This document shows, in pieces, positions 1 to 9,744 of a stretch of 64,000 bases of DNA; the first letter of the stretch is position 1, and each line of letters opens with the position of its first letter. A program made the translations under genes and the position numbers. A model generated the notes under the pieces. It searched no databases. It saw only the letters and a program-made list of their open reading frames with translations, and was not told where the DNA came from. Origin of the DNA: Bdellovibrio sp. (GTDB lineage: Bacteria > Bdellovibrionota > Bdellovibrionia > Bdellovibrionales > Bdellovibrionaceae); contig JAKFCY010000003.1 of the NCBI GenBank assembly GCA_036676395.1, positions 160,001-224,000 of the forward strand, written 5' to 3'.

Positions 1-528
1 TTCAACCTGTGAAAGTGTAATATCAGATTTACTTTTCATATCTAAAACTTGGCCACCGATCATTCCTAAAGCACCGGCTTTAGTTGATAGTAACTGAATT
101 AATTGAACAGCTAACTTTGGGTTATTGGCATATTCGAAAGCTAATAAAGATAAAGCTTGGGTCTGAAAAGCATCCCCAGCTAAAAGCGCGATGTCTTCGC
201 CGAACACTTTATGATTCGTAGGTTTTCCACGTCGGGTATCATCGTTATCCATACACGGTAAATCGTCGTGAATCAGTGAATAGGTGTGAATCATTTCAGT
301 CGCCATCGCGAAAGCTAAATAATTCTGTGGTTTATTATAAGCCTGTACGACTAAAGAAGTCAGAAACGGGCGAAATCTTTTGCCACCCGATTCGAATGAA
401 TATTTAAGGCTTTCCCATAACACATTAACTTCAGGCAGCTTTTGTGAAAGCTGAGCTAACGAATTTGCAGCGTACTGATCAAATTCAGCAATAAAGTGGG
501 TTTGTAACTGCAAAAGCGCTGGGGTCAT
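1..528 (-). CDS. ispA: Polyprenyl synthetase / geranyltranstransferase (3' end runs off window)
   Basis: Manual translation from ATG 528: MTPALLQ...GGKRFRP...EMIHTYSLIHDDLPCMDNDDTRRGKPTNHKVFGE...LLAGDA (first Asp-rich motif); follows xseB as in the conserved xseB-ispA order. Confidence 0.93.
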   Translation of the reverse strand, partial: MTPALLQLQTHFIAEFDQYAANSLAQLSQKLPEVNVLWESLKYSFESGGKRFRPFLTSLVVQAYNKPQNYLAFAMATEMIHTYSLIHDDLPCMDNDDTRRGKPTNHKVFGEDIALLAGDAFQTQALSLLAFEYANNPKLAVQLIQLLSTKAGALGMIGGQVLDMKSKSDITLSQVE

Positions 529-536
529 ACTAAATA

Positions 537-761
537 CTAATTTTCTTCAGAAAATTTTTCAGTAACAGCGTTACCTTTATCATCAACAGAAACTAATTTT
601 TTAACCTGGGCTTCAGCTGTTGTTAGTTGACCGTGGCAATCACGAGAAAGCTTAACGCCTTCTTCAAATAACTTTAAAGAATCATCTAACGATAATTCTC
701 CTTTTTCCATTTTTTGTACGATCTCTTCTAAGCGATTTAATTTTTTTTCAAAATCCATCAC
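537..761 (-). CDS. xseB: Exodeoxyribonuclease VII small subunit
   Basis: FEKKLNRLEEIVQKMEKGELSLDDSLKLFEEG signature; adjacent to xseA. Confidence 0.95.
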   Translation of the reverse strand: MMDFEKKLNRLEEIVQKMEKGELSLDDSLKLFEEGVKLSRDCHGQLTTAEAQVKKLVSVDDKGNAVTEKFSEEN

Positions 762-767
762 ATACTC

Positions 768-2117
768 CTATTTAATATTTTTAACTTCTGTTTCGATGGT
801 TCCGTCTGCAACTTTGATGGCAAGCAGGTCGCCGACTTTCACTTGTTTCACTGATTTCACAACGTCTTTACCTTTAGTCGTAATGCTATAACCGCGATCT
901 ACAACCTTAAGCGGGCTTAATGAATCTAATAACGCCATTGCACTTTCAACACGAAACTTAAATTGCGTTAGATTTTTTGCAAGACTATTGCTTAATTTTT
1001 GCTGGCGCTGCTGCAATGAAACTTTTTTAATTTCGATAACTTGCTTTGGTGAAACTAAACGTGAACGCAATAACTGGATATCACGGCGGGCATGCGCTAA
1101 ATAATTTGTCATCGCCAGGTCCATACGCGAATACAAATCATCATTGCGGATAAATAAATCCTGTAATTTCTTTTTCGGATCTACCAAGCGTTTAGCCTGC
1201 AATAACAATGATTGTTGTTTGTGTTGTAAGCGGCGCTGAATCGCTAAGCGTAATAATCTTTCAAGCTGTTCTAATTTATTAATAATTTCAACTGAACTTT
1301 TCGCCACTAATTCAGCTGCTGCTGATGGTGTTGGTGCACGAAGGTCAGCTACGAAATCACAAATTGTAAAATCAATTTCATGGCCTACTGCTGAAATCAC
1401 AGGAATTTTACTCTCAGCAATAGTGCGCGCTAATCTTTCATCATTAAAGCACCACATGTCTTCGATTGATCCACCACCACGGCCGATGATGATCACATCT
1501 GGCTTTAGCAATTCAGCTTTTTTAAAAGCTTCAACTAAAGATGGTGCCGCTGCTGCACCTTGTACGATCGCAGGAACTACGATCACCTGAACGCCGCGGG
1601 CACGACGATTCATGATATTTAAAATATCCTGAATCGCAGCTCCTGTTGGTGAAGTTACGATGGCTACAGTTTTTGGGTACGTAGGAATAGGTTGTTTTCT
1701 TGCGGAATCAAACAAACCTTCGGCTTTTAATTTATCACGTAATTGTTCAAATTGTTTTTGTAAAGCTCCGGCGCCCACAGGCTCCATCATTTCACAAGCG
1801 ATTGAATATGTGCCGCGAGGTTCATAAACCGTGATTTTTCCACGCACAATAACTTCTAAACCGTCATGAGGTTTAAATTTTAATTTCGAATTATGCCCAC
1901 GAAACATCATGGCGCTGATTTGCGCTTTTGAATCTTTTAAAGAAAAATAAAAATGCCCTGAAGAGTGAGGTTTGAAATTCGAAATTTCACCTTTGATCCA
2001 AATAGTCCCAACATTGGTTTCGATCAGACCACGCAAAATATTATTAACCTGCTCAACAGAAAAGATTTGTGGTGCTGCGGTGCTAGGAGCGTTTGTGGAA
2101 TTTACCTCTTGCGACAT
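768..2117 (-). CDS. xseA: Exodeoxyribonuclease VII large subunit
   Basis: N-terminal OB fold (GEISNF, SGHFYFSLKD), RGGGSIED, SAVGHEIDFT, RAPTPSAAAE motifs. Confidence 0.97.
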   Translation of the reverse strand: MSQEVNSTNAPSTAAPQIFSVEQVNNILRGLIETNVGTIWIKGEISNFKPHSSGHFYFSLKDSKAQISAMMFRGHNSKLKFKPHDGLEVIVRGKITVYEPRGTYSIACEMMEPVGAGALQKQFEQLRDKLKAEGLFDSARKQPIPTYPKTVAIVTSPTGAAIQDILNIMNRRARGVQVIVVPAIVQGAAAAPSLVEAFKKAELLKPDVIIIGRGGGSIEDMWCFNDERLARTIAESKIPVISAVGHEIDFTICDFVADLRAPTPSAAAELVAKSSVEIINKLEQLERLLRLAIQRRLQHKQQSLLLQAKRLVDPKKKLQDLFIRNDDLYSRMDLAMTNYLAHARRDIQLLRSRLVSPKQVIEIKKVSLQQRQQKLSNSLAKNLTQFKFRVESAMALLDSLSPLKVVDRGYSITTKGKDVVKSVKQVKVGDLLAIKVADGTIETEVKNIK

Positions 2118-2129
2118 CCACGAAATGTA

Positions 2130-2339
2130 TCAAGAAAACCAGAGATTTTGCAATGACCAAAGACCGCCAACATAGAGCGATATTACAGCCAAATGACGGT
2201 GCTTTTCAAACTGGGCGTGATAGACAGGCATTTCTTTCTGGGCCAATTTTACTAAATATGGGATTTCAAGCACAAAAGTGAGCACCAGACCATAAAAGAA
2301 AACTAAAAATGGGAAATAAAAATCAATTTGCGAAATCAT
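2130..2339 (-). CDS. Small hypothetical membrane protein (69 aa)
   Basis: ATG ORF with two hydrophobic segments, co-oriented 12 bp upstream of xseA. Confidence 0.65.
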   Translation of the reverse strand: MISQIDFYFPFLVFFYGLVLTFVLEIPYLVKLAQKEMPVYHAQFEKHRHLAVISLYVGGLWSLQNLWFS

Positions 2340-2418
2340 GCCAACCCTTCGGGCTTTTTTTTCACTTTCTGAAGTCCTGATGCATGGACTTTTTTAGGAT
2401 CTTTGATATTATGAAGTT

Positions 2419-2590
2419 GGGGGTTCGCTGACGTAAAACTCATCGAAAATAAACCTTACAAGCTTATATACGGGATCTGTCCCTGACAATGGTGTGCAAG
2501 CTCACCTCGTAGTGAGAAGCCTAAAGTTGTTATATGGAAACCCACCTAGCGAAAAGAGGTTTATGTTTCAGAGTTGTCTTCGAGCCTTTT
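2419..2590 (+). ncRNA. ssrS: 6S RNA
   Basis: ~170-nt rod: GGTTCG/CGAGCC, AACTC/GAGTT and ATAAACCT/AGGTTTAT end pairings; GAGAAGCCTAAA...CACCT...AAGAGGTT resembles the 3' strand of known 6S RNAs; TATTAT -10 upstream, T-run downstream. Confidence 0.8.
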
Positions 2591-2631
2591 TTTATTCTCT
2601 TTTAGAGTCAATACGTTGGCCTAAAAGTCCT

Positions 2632-2646
2632 GTTTCACTTTGAGAA
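2632..2646. promoter_or_regulatory. Palindromic motif copy GTTTCA-CTT-TGAGAA
   Basis: Matches the recurrent GTCTCA-N3-TGAGAC palindrome. Confidence 0.5.
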
Positions 2647-2684
2647 ACTGGACCATTTTTCTCTCTTAAAATACCTTAAATTCA

Positions 2685-2712
2685 TCAATCTTTACCTTAC
2701 TTTGACCGATAA
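2685..2712 (+). promoter_or_regulatory. Putative sigma28 (FliA)-type promoter
   Basis: TCAAT...ACCGATAA, close to TAAA-N15-GCCGATAA; 6 nt before the GTG at 2719. Confidence 0.45.
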
Positions 2713-2718
2713 ATACTT

Positions 2719-4854
2719 GTGGTTTTCACGAGCAGATTTTTGATTTTATTCAACTTATTTTTATTAACAGCTTTTACACAAAGCTGCGGACCCCGTTTAA
2801 GCTCTGAAGCCCAAGAATTTTTATCCGAATCACAAGAAGTTCCTGCATGTACGACACAATACAATTATGCAAGCTCGGTAAATGTATCTGCACAGGCTAT
2901 ATTTTTTAAACGCGGTACCGAGCCAGTTATCGTTAACAATAAAATTACAAATTTAATTTTAAGTGATCCACTCGTTGATGGGCTACCGATTCCCTATGCT
3001 GAAGTAGCAGTTTACACGAGTGACAAACAATTAGTGCAATGTGGAGTGACCGACGTTGCTGGCAATCTTATCGGCTTATCAGGCGGAGCCTTAGAAATTC
3101 CAGATACACCGCAATCTTATATAATTCGTGTTTATGCGCGCGCTAACAAAGTAATGCCAACCAAAGGCTTCACAGCAAACGCCGCAGTTAAAGAAGATCC
3201 TTACACAAATAAAGTTCATTACATCGAAACAACGTTTGATTCTGATGGCGTTAATACCACGCCAATTTCATTAATCGCCTATGCCCGTCAGACTGATGAT
3301 GTAAATATCAAAGGTGGCGCATTTAATATTTATAATAATTTTATTCAGACTTATACTTACCTGGATGATAACTTATCGGTTCCAAACTCTGAGCTAACTT
3401 GCCTGTCAAAACCATTCAGTATGTATTGGAAGCCCGGGTTTAATCCATTTCAATACGAGTACCCAAATGCTGATCCAAATACATTGGTGAATTCATCGTA
3501 TTACAAACATGAATCAGATAGTTTATTCATCAGCGGTGGCCAAGTTGGTGATATCAGCTTAGCAAACACTGATCACTTCGATGATTTTGCTTCAATTCAT
3601 GAGATAGGTCATTTTATTGAAGACCAGTGCGGACGCTTTGATACTCCGGGCGGAGGTCATGCGATTATCGTACGTATCGATCCACGCTTAGCATGGCATG
3701 AAGCCTGGGCAAATTATTTTGCCGGTGTTGTCACTAATGAACGCCAAGATTTTTTAAATCCAGAAATGAGCACTCTCTTGGCCGCAAGCCCAACAGGTGA
3801 TTTAAGTTGGAGCTTTCTATTTAACTCATTTGGTTTTTCTGATTCTGTACAAAACGTCGGTAATGGCACTGGTTTCATGATGGATCTTAAAAGGCCAGGA
3901 ACCTCTCCGGGCGAATGGCAAATTGCACCGTATTTTGGTTCACCGTTTGATCAGGTTAATCCTACACTGTACCCCGGTGAAGGGCATTTTCGCGAAGGTG
4001 CTATCACACGCGCTTTGTTTAAAATGACTGTAGCGCCAGCTACACTTTGTTCGTCATGCGGAAGCTCAGTGTTTGCATCTAGCCCGGTGCCATTCAATGT
4101 GATGTGGCAGGCTTTTGATGCTAACGGCGGCATGGGTGATTCTACAAATCACTTCTCAAGCTCAAATCAATTTTTAGAAAAAGTTAAAACTCTACTTACT
4201 GCACCAACTTGGGCTTCATTTGTTCAAGGAGCTGCTGACGCTGAAGCATTGCATTTATTTTCTGATCATAACACGGCCGGAAAAGCATATGTCACTAATA
4301 TTACTGGCACCGATTATTTAAATTGGCTTCCATTAGGGCATAAGTTGCAGCAATCAGTTTGCACCAAGCCAACGATCATGCAAGAGCGCAGTGATGACCC
4401 GGCATTTACCGGAATCAACTCTGATCAGCGTTATTCAAATCACTTCTACATGCTCGATCCGAGCGTGCTATCAGGGCTTAACACCTTATCGATTACATTT
4501 ACTAAAGTAACCGGCACAGACACAGACCACGATATCATTATTTTTGATGAAGCTTATCGCTTTAACGGTGATTATGCCTGTAAACAACCCGAAACCGATG
4601 ATGGCAATTGCCCCGGCAATGAATACGAAGCTTCGCGATCGACCAATGCTTTTGTGGTCGCCTCTAATCGCGCGACTTCTTCAAACTTAGGCACTAATTA
4701 TACAAAATCAATTTCAAGTCTTTTAACAAAACTTGATCCAACAAAAAAATACTTACTTAATATTCGCGCTTACACCGCTAATAAAAGTTTAAGCAATGCA
4801 ACGTCATATATATATACTATGACGAGTAACTTGGGGACGCTATGCCCAGAATAA
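2719..4854 (+). CDS. Secreted lipoprotein, gluzincin-type Zn metalloprotease with PPC-like C-terminal domain (copy 1)
   Basis: Lipoprotein-like signal (TQSC); HEIGH zinc motif; downstream WHEAWANY third-ligand Glu; C-terminal DHDIII/YLLNIRAY. Confidence 0.75.
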   Translation: MVFTSRFLILFNLFLLTAFTQSCGPRLSSEAQEFLSESQEVPACTTQYNYASSVNVSAQAIFFKRGTEPVIVNNKITNLILSDPLVDGLPIPYAEVAVYTSDKQLVQCGVTDVAGNLIGLSGGALEIPDTPQSYIIRVYARANKVMPTKGFTANAAVKEDPYTNKVHYIETTFDSDGVNTTPISLIAYARQTDDVNIKGGAFNIYNNFIQTYTYLDDNLSVPNSELTCLSKPFSMYWKPGFNPFQYEYPNADPNTLVNSSYYKHESDSLFISGGQVGDISLANTDHFDDFASIHEIGHFIEDQCGRFDTPGGGHAIIVRIDPRLAWHEAWANYFAGVVTNERQDFLNPEMSTLLAASPTGDLSWSFLFNSFGFSDSVQNVGNGTGFMMDLKRPGTSPGEWQIAPYFGSPFDQVNPTLYPGEGHFREGAITRALFKMTVAPATLCSSCGSSVFASSPVPFNVMWQAFDANGGMGDSTNHFSSSNQFLEKVKTLLTAPTWASFVQGAADAEALHLFSDHNTAGKAYVTNITGTDYLNWLPLGHKLQQSVCTKPTIMQERSDDPAFTGINSDQRYSNHFYMLDPSVLSGLNTLSITFTKVTGTDTDHDIIIFDEAYRFNGDYACKQPETDDGNCPGNEYEASRSTNAFVVASNRATSSNLGTNYTKSISSLLTKLDPTKKYLLNIRAYTANKSLSNATSYIYTMTSNLGTLCPE

Positions 4855-5336
4855 TTCTGATTTCAATCTTAGCTTCATTATTTTTGCTTCTTACAGGTTG
4901 TTACGATGAACAAGCTGGCAGTAAACATGGTTTATCAAAAGTGCCGCTGACTCAATTTAGTTACCGCGGAGTCGTTGACCGTACCATTAAATTAAATTTT
5001 AAAATTGAAAAAGGCGCAGTCAGTAAACTGATTGCCCACATCGAAACTGATTATGATTATAATTTTCCATTAACTTACGAATGGAAATTAGGTGAAGGTG
5101 TACAAGTTAGTTCAGGATCTCTTAAGGGCCAGATTTCAAGTCTGCAAAAAAATTCTCCCTTAGAAATCGAACTTGAAGTTACAGGATTCAGTGGCGACAT
5201 CGCCCGCTTTGCCCGCTTTGAAGTTATCGGGTCTAATCCGCAAAAACGCGCTTTCGCCGATGGTATTTTAAGTTCGCAAGATAAATCGTTTGAAAAAATC
5301 GTTCAAGAAATCGAAGAATACAAAAAAAGTAATTAA
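4842..5336 (+). CDS. Small lipoprotein, partner of protease copy 1
   Basis: LTGC lipobox; beta-rich; LTYEWKLG and SS.DKSFE motifs shared with 7362..7967. Confidence 0.75.
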   Translation: MPRIILISILASLFLLLTGCYDEQAGSKHGLSKVPLTQFSYRGVVDRTIKLNFKIEKGAVSKLIAHIETDYDYNFPLTYEWKLGEGVQVSSGSLKGQISSLQKNSPLEIELEVTGFSGDIARFARFEVIGSNPQKRAFADGILSSQDKSFEKIVQEIEEYKKSN

Positions 5337-5349
5337 TAGGATTTTAATA

Positions 5350-7383
5350 ATGAACCATTTGACCGCTAGATTTTTTATTTTATCTTTTCTGTTAGCAACT
5401 TTAGCAAGTTGCGGGGCAAGTTTAACTGCTGGCATCGAGGATGATGGCGCGGCTACGCCCGTTACGGCTAACGAAATTGCATTTTGTTCAACTTCGACTA
5501 GTTATAGCCCAGGAGTCTTCGTATCTGGCACAGCTAAATATCGTCGTCGCGACACTAATATACAAATCAATAGTGGCGTCGTCACGAGCGCTACGACTGG
5601 TGCTGTTATTACGCCTACACTTCCCATTAAATATGCTGAAATTCGGGTGCTGAATGCTGCGGGGACAATCATTCAATGTGGAACTACAAATAGTATTGGC
5701 GAATTACGTGCTCTTGATGGCACATCGGCTTTATTTTTACCTAACGATGCCGGAAATTTCACAATCGAAGTTCTTTCGCGCGCAAATTTCACGTTTCCTT
5801 CTGTTGGCAAACCAATTAGTGCGACCCTTTCTGCAGCAGTAAAAGAAGATCCCACTTCAAATACTATTTATAAAATTTCTGGCACTTTGGCTTCAAGCGG
5901 CTTTGGCGGCAGTGCCAACTCGCCACTTAATTTGATCGCCGAAGCCAGCGAGTTTGCATCTAGTAAAATAGAAGGTGGCGCATTTAATATTTACAACGAC
6001 TGGGTAACTACTTTTGAATATTTAACCAGTACTAGTAACACCGGCAGTTTAGACGTAAGTTGTTTGAATCCCCGTTTAGATATGTTCTGGAAAGCTGGAT
6101 TTAACCCCGGCGCTTATCTTGGATATGACCCGAACAGTACAATTTCTTTTTACGCGCGTGACAATAACGAACTTTATATTTGCGGCGGCGTCTCGGGCAA
6201 TGTGTCTACTGCGGATACCGATCATTGGGATGACACGGTCATTTTACATGAAATAGGTCATCATATTGAAAATGTTTGCGGCACGATGGATTCACCGGGC
6301 GGACAACATTCCGCGCAGTACCGAATTGATCCGCGCTTAGCTTGGTCTGAAGGCTGGGGAAATTTCATCGGTGGCCATATCGTAAAAAACAATACGGCTA
6401 AAATTAATCCTAACTTAGTCAGCGCCCTACCTAATGGTGAATGGCTTCATTATAGCGATACAGTCGGTTATGTTGAAGGTAGTCCAACATTTAACGGTTC
6501 GGCTATTTTGATTCGTTTAAATAAAAATGGTAATGGCTCGGGCACTGGCGCCACCCATGATGCTGTGGATGCCGCAAACAATCCTGGCGAAAGTCACACG
6601 CGCGAGGCTTCGATTGCCCGTGGCTTATTTAAAGGTGTTAACACTTGCACCAATTGCGGTGGCGGCGTGGGCTTTGATAAATATTGGACAGCTCTTGGCC
6701 GCACTAGCGGTGGCATGGGGTTTTCAACATCGCCATTCAGTAGCTCTGCAAAATTCTTTGCGAAAGCCTTTACCGCAAACAGTAATTCTTTTTCTGCAAC
6801 AATGACAAATATGATGACCAACGATGAAGCTCTGCACATGGTGGGATCTGCTTCTTTTACTACCACAGCAACTTCAACATCTTCGGGAAGTATTGCAACA
6901 AATACTTGGCCTGGTTATGGAATAAAACTTACGACTAACACCAGTTGTAATCAAAATTTATTACAAGCGCGTAACTTAGATGAAACTTTCGGACTTGAAA
7001 GTGATCAGCGTTACACCAATCATTTCTTTGCTTTTAGAACATCGGATTTAAGTGGCGTCACTTCAATCCGCCTAGTGCCGGATAGCACATGCCCTGTAGA
7101 TTTAGATCTTGTTGTTTTTAATTTAGGTTACGATTACGTCGAAGATTGCGCTAATAGCTCATGTAGCAAAAAAGGCGTTGATGGAACCAACATCGTTGCC
7201 GTATCACGTAATCCCACCAATACCACTGAGTCAGTGAGCATTTCAGGATTAAGCAGCAGTTATTACTTATTAAATGTTCGCGGCTATTCGACAAATCCAT
7301 ACACAATTCCAGCCAATAGCGCCTGCGTTTACAAATTGACCAATCAAAATGGGAGTACTTTATGTCCAAGCACGTCGTATTAA
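5350..7383 (+). CDS. Secreted lipoprotein, gluzincin-type Zn metalloprotease with PPC-like domain (copy 2)
   Basis: ATG 5350 preferred over TTG 5290 (AGGA upstream, LASC lipobox); HEIGH, WSEGWGNF, SDQRYTNHF, DLDLVV, YLLNVRGY; paralog of 2719..4854. Confidence 0.75.
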   Translation: MNHLTARFFILSFLLATLASCGASLTAGIEDDGAATPVTANEIAFCSTSTSYSPGVFVSGTAKYRRRDTNIQINSGVVTSATTGAVITPTLPIKYAEIRVLNAAGTIIQCGTTNSIGELRALDGTSALFLPNDAGNFTIEVLSRANFTFPSVGKPISATLSAAVKEDPTSNTIYKISGTLASSGFGGSANSPLNLIAEASEFASSKIEGGAFNIYNDWVTTFEYLTSTSNTGSLDVSCLNPRLDMFWKAGFNPGAYLGYDPNSTISFYARDNNELYICGGVSGNVSTADTDHWDDTVILHEIGHHIENVCGTMDSPGGQHSAQYRIDPRLAWSEGWGNFIGGHIVKNNTAKINPNLVSALPNGEWLHYSDTVGYVEGSPTFNGSAILIRLNKNGNGSGTGATHDAVDAANNPGESHTREASIARGLFKGVNTCTNCGGGVGFDKYWTALGRTSGGMGFSTSPFSSSAKFFAKAFTANSNSFSATMTNMMTNDEALHMVGSASFTTTATSTSSGSIATNTWPGYGIKLTTNTSCNQNLLQARNLDETFGLESDQRYTNHFFAFRTSDLSGVTSIRLVPDSTCPVDLDLVVFNLGYDYVEDCANSSCSKKGVDGTNIVAVSRNPTNTTESVSISGLSSSYYLLNVRGYSTNPYTIPANSACVYKLTNQNGSTLCPSTSY

Positions 7384-7967
7384 AAACAATTTGTGTTTCA
7401 TTACTGGGAATTAGCTTTGGCTATGGCGTAACTCAATTAATGCATAATGAATATGAAATCGCGAGTCGCAATACGGCATCTGTTCCATTAGGTAAATTGG
7501 GATTTGATCAGGCTTCATATGATTACATTGATATTAAAATTGAAAATATTTCTATAGCCGAAAAAAAAGAAGACACTTCCATTGTGCAAGTTCGTGTCAC
7601 CGCTTTAAAAGATATTCCGGCTTCTTTAAATTACAAATGGATCTTGGGTAAAGATGTTGTTAGCTCTGAAAATTTAGACGGAGTACTTGAACCACTGACC
7701 CAAGGTCAAAGCAAAATTTATGAAATTCGGGTGCAGAATTATTCGAAAGAATGGCAATCACATGTAAGTCTATCTTTATCAGGTGATATGTCAGGCCATT
7801 CGGTTCGACGTGACGTCATTGTGTCGTCACGCCCTGAAGATTCTTTTGAATATGTAGTTCAACAAGCACAACTTGCAGAAAAGCAGGCGGCCCCTGGTAA
7901 AGTGCAAAAACTAGGTAACAAACGTTCAATGAGCGATCGCTTTCGCCCAGGCAATATCGTTCGTTAA
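7362..7967 (+). CDS. Membrane-anchored/exported partner of protease copy 2
   Basis: N-terminal hydrophobic segment; LNYKWILG and SSRPEDSFE motifs paralogous to 4842..5336. Confidence 0.75.
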   Translation: MSKHVVLKTICVSLLGISFGYGVTQLMHNEYEIASRNTASVPLGKLGFDQASYDYIDIKIENISIAEKKEDTSIVQVRVTALKDIPASLNYKWILGKDVVSSENLDGVLEPLTQGQSKIYEIRVQNYSKEWQSHVSLSLSGDMSGHSVRRDVIVSSRPEDSFEYVVQQAQLAEKQAAPGKVQKLGNKRSMSDRFRPGNIVR

Positions 7968-8530
7968 ACCGGAATCACTTCGACATTAGGATCAAATTCA
8001 TCTTTAAGAATGCCTTCAATGGCCATTAATGTACCTGTGGTTGAACTTGGGCATGTGCCACATGCCCCTTGGTAAGTGACATAAACTTTATTATCTTCAA
8101 ATTTAATCACTTCGATATCACCGCCATCGCCTTGTAAACCAGGGCGAATCGTACGATCTAAAATCTCTTCGATTTTTTGTTGTTCAGGCGATAAATTTTG
8201 ACGAGCAATTTTTTTCTCATCAACGATAGTTTGATTTGGGTTATGCACCGGCATACGTGTTTGAATAACGGCACAAACTTGTTGAATGATTTCTTCTGAT
8301 TCCACATCGAATTGGTGGGTCACCGTGATCACGTTTTGAAAGTAATGCACTTGTTTGACACCCGGAATTTGAAATAGTGAACGCGCTAAATTATTGTGTT
8401 CAGCTTCCTGAATATTTGAATAGGTTGCCTTACCTTCGGTTAATACCGGACGGTCTAAGACAAACTTCCAAGCACTAGGGTTTGGTGTTTCTTGCACACG
8501 AATTAAAACTTCATTTTGTGTCGGGGTCAT
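7964..8530 (-). CDS. NifU/Nfu-type Fe-S carrier (Nfu N-terminal + CXXC NifU domain)
   Basis: ETPNP N-terminal motif; IRPGLQGDGGDIE and GACGTCPSS. Confidence 0.92.
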   Translation of the reverse strand: MTPTQNEVLIRVQETPNPSAWKFVLDRPVLTEGKATYSNIQEAEHNNLARSLFQIPGVKQVHYFQNVITVTHQFDVESEEIIQQVCAVIQTRMPVHNPNQTIVDEKKIARQNLSPEQQKIEEILDRTIRPGLQGDGGDIEVIKFEDNKVYVTYQGACGTCPSSTTGTLMAIEGILKDEFDPNVEVIPV

Positions 8531-9744
8531 AATAACATCCTTTTTGCCTTTTCTACAGCAAGGACTAATCGTTCAACGTCTTCTTTATTGTTATAAATCG
8601 AAAATGAGGCGCGCACAGTTCCGGTTAACCCGAACTTGCGCAACAATGGCTGGGTGCAATGGTGGCCAATACGTACGGCAATACCCATTTTATCTAAAAT
8701 TTGGCCAACGTCAGCATGATGCACGCCTTTTAAATTAAAACTTAAAATAGCCGCTTTCTCTTTAGCTTCACCAAAAAATTGGATCTCTGGAATTTCTTTT
8801 AATTTTGAAACAGTTAAATTTAATAACTCTTGCTCGTGCGCAAAAACTTCTTTGATATCGTATTGAGTAAAGAAGTTAATAGCTTCTGCTAAGGCTAGAG
8901 CTCCTTCAATATGTGGAGTACCTGCTTCAAATTTGAATGGCAGATCATTGTAAGTGGTTTTTTCAAAACGCACTTCGCTGATCATGCTGCCGCCGAATTG
9001 ATATGGTGGCATTTTTAATAATAATTCTTTTTTACCGTACAAAATACCGAAACCGTACGGACCAAATAGCTTGTGGGCCGAGAAAACCAAGAAATCCACA
9101 CCTAAATCCACAACGTTAACAGCTTTTTGCGTCACTAACTGAGCAGCGTCTAATAAAGTGAGTGCGCCTACGGATTTAGCCTTAGCGATAATTTTTTTAT
9201 ACGGAGTGATTGTGCCTAAAATATTTGAACAACCTGAAAAAGCCACAAGTTTGGTTTTTGTGGTGATTGTTGTATCGATTGAAGCTTCGTCAATAGAACC
9301 ATCTGCATTTACGGCAATAAATTTTAAAATGGCCTTGCGCTGTAAAGCTACATTTTGCCAAGGCACTAAATTGGCGTGATGTTCTAGTTCAGTGATAACA
9401 ATTTCGTCGCCTTCATTGATAAAATTCATTCCATAACTTTGGGCAACTAAGTTAATACTTTCAGTCGTGCCTTTAGTAAAAATAACTTCTTCAGTACTAG
9501 CGGCACCAATAAATTTTTGAATGGTTTGTCTGGCATTTTCAAAATGTTTTGTCGCCTGATCACTTAAAAAATGTGATCCACGGTGAACATTCGCTGCTTC
9601 TTCAGCATAAAATTTTTCGATACGCGAAACTACGCGGTCTGGCTTCAGGGTTGTATTTACGCTGTCTAAATAAACCAATGGGTAACCGTTCACCATTTGG
9701 CGTAAAGATTTAAACTGGCTGCGGATGGCATTTACATCATACAT
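8527..9744 (-). CDS. sufS: Cysteine desulfurase, SufS family
   Basis: ANVHRG, FSAHK PLP lysine, RIGHHC catalytic loop; in suf operon. Confidence 0.95.
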   Translation of the reverse strand: MYDVNAIRSQFKSLRQMVNGYPLVYLDSVNTTLKPDRVVSRIEKFYAEEAANVHRGSHFLSDQATKHFENARQTIQKFIGAASTEEVIFTKGTTESINLVAQSYGMNFINEGDEIVITELEHHANLVPWQNVALQRKAILKFIAVNADGSIDEASIDTTITTKTKLVAFSGCSNILGTITPYKKIIAKAKSVGALTLLDAAQLVTQKAVNVVDLGVDFLVFSAHKLFGPYGFGILYGKKELLLKMPPYQFGGSMISEVRFEKTTYNDLPFKFEAGTPHIEGALALAEAINFFTQYDIKEVFAHEQELLNLTVSKLKEIPEIQFFGEAKEKAAILSFNLKGVHHADVGQILDKMGIAVRIGHHCTQPLLRKFGLTGTVRASFSIYNNKEDVERLVLAVEKAKRMLL

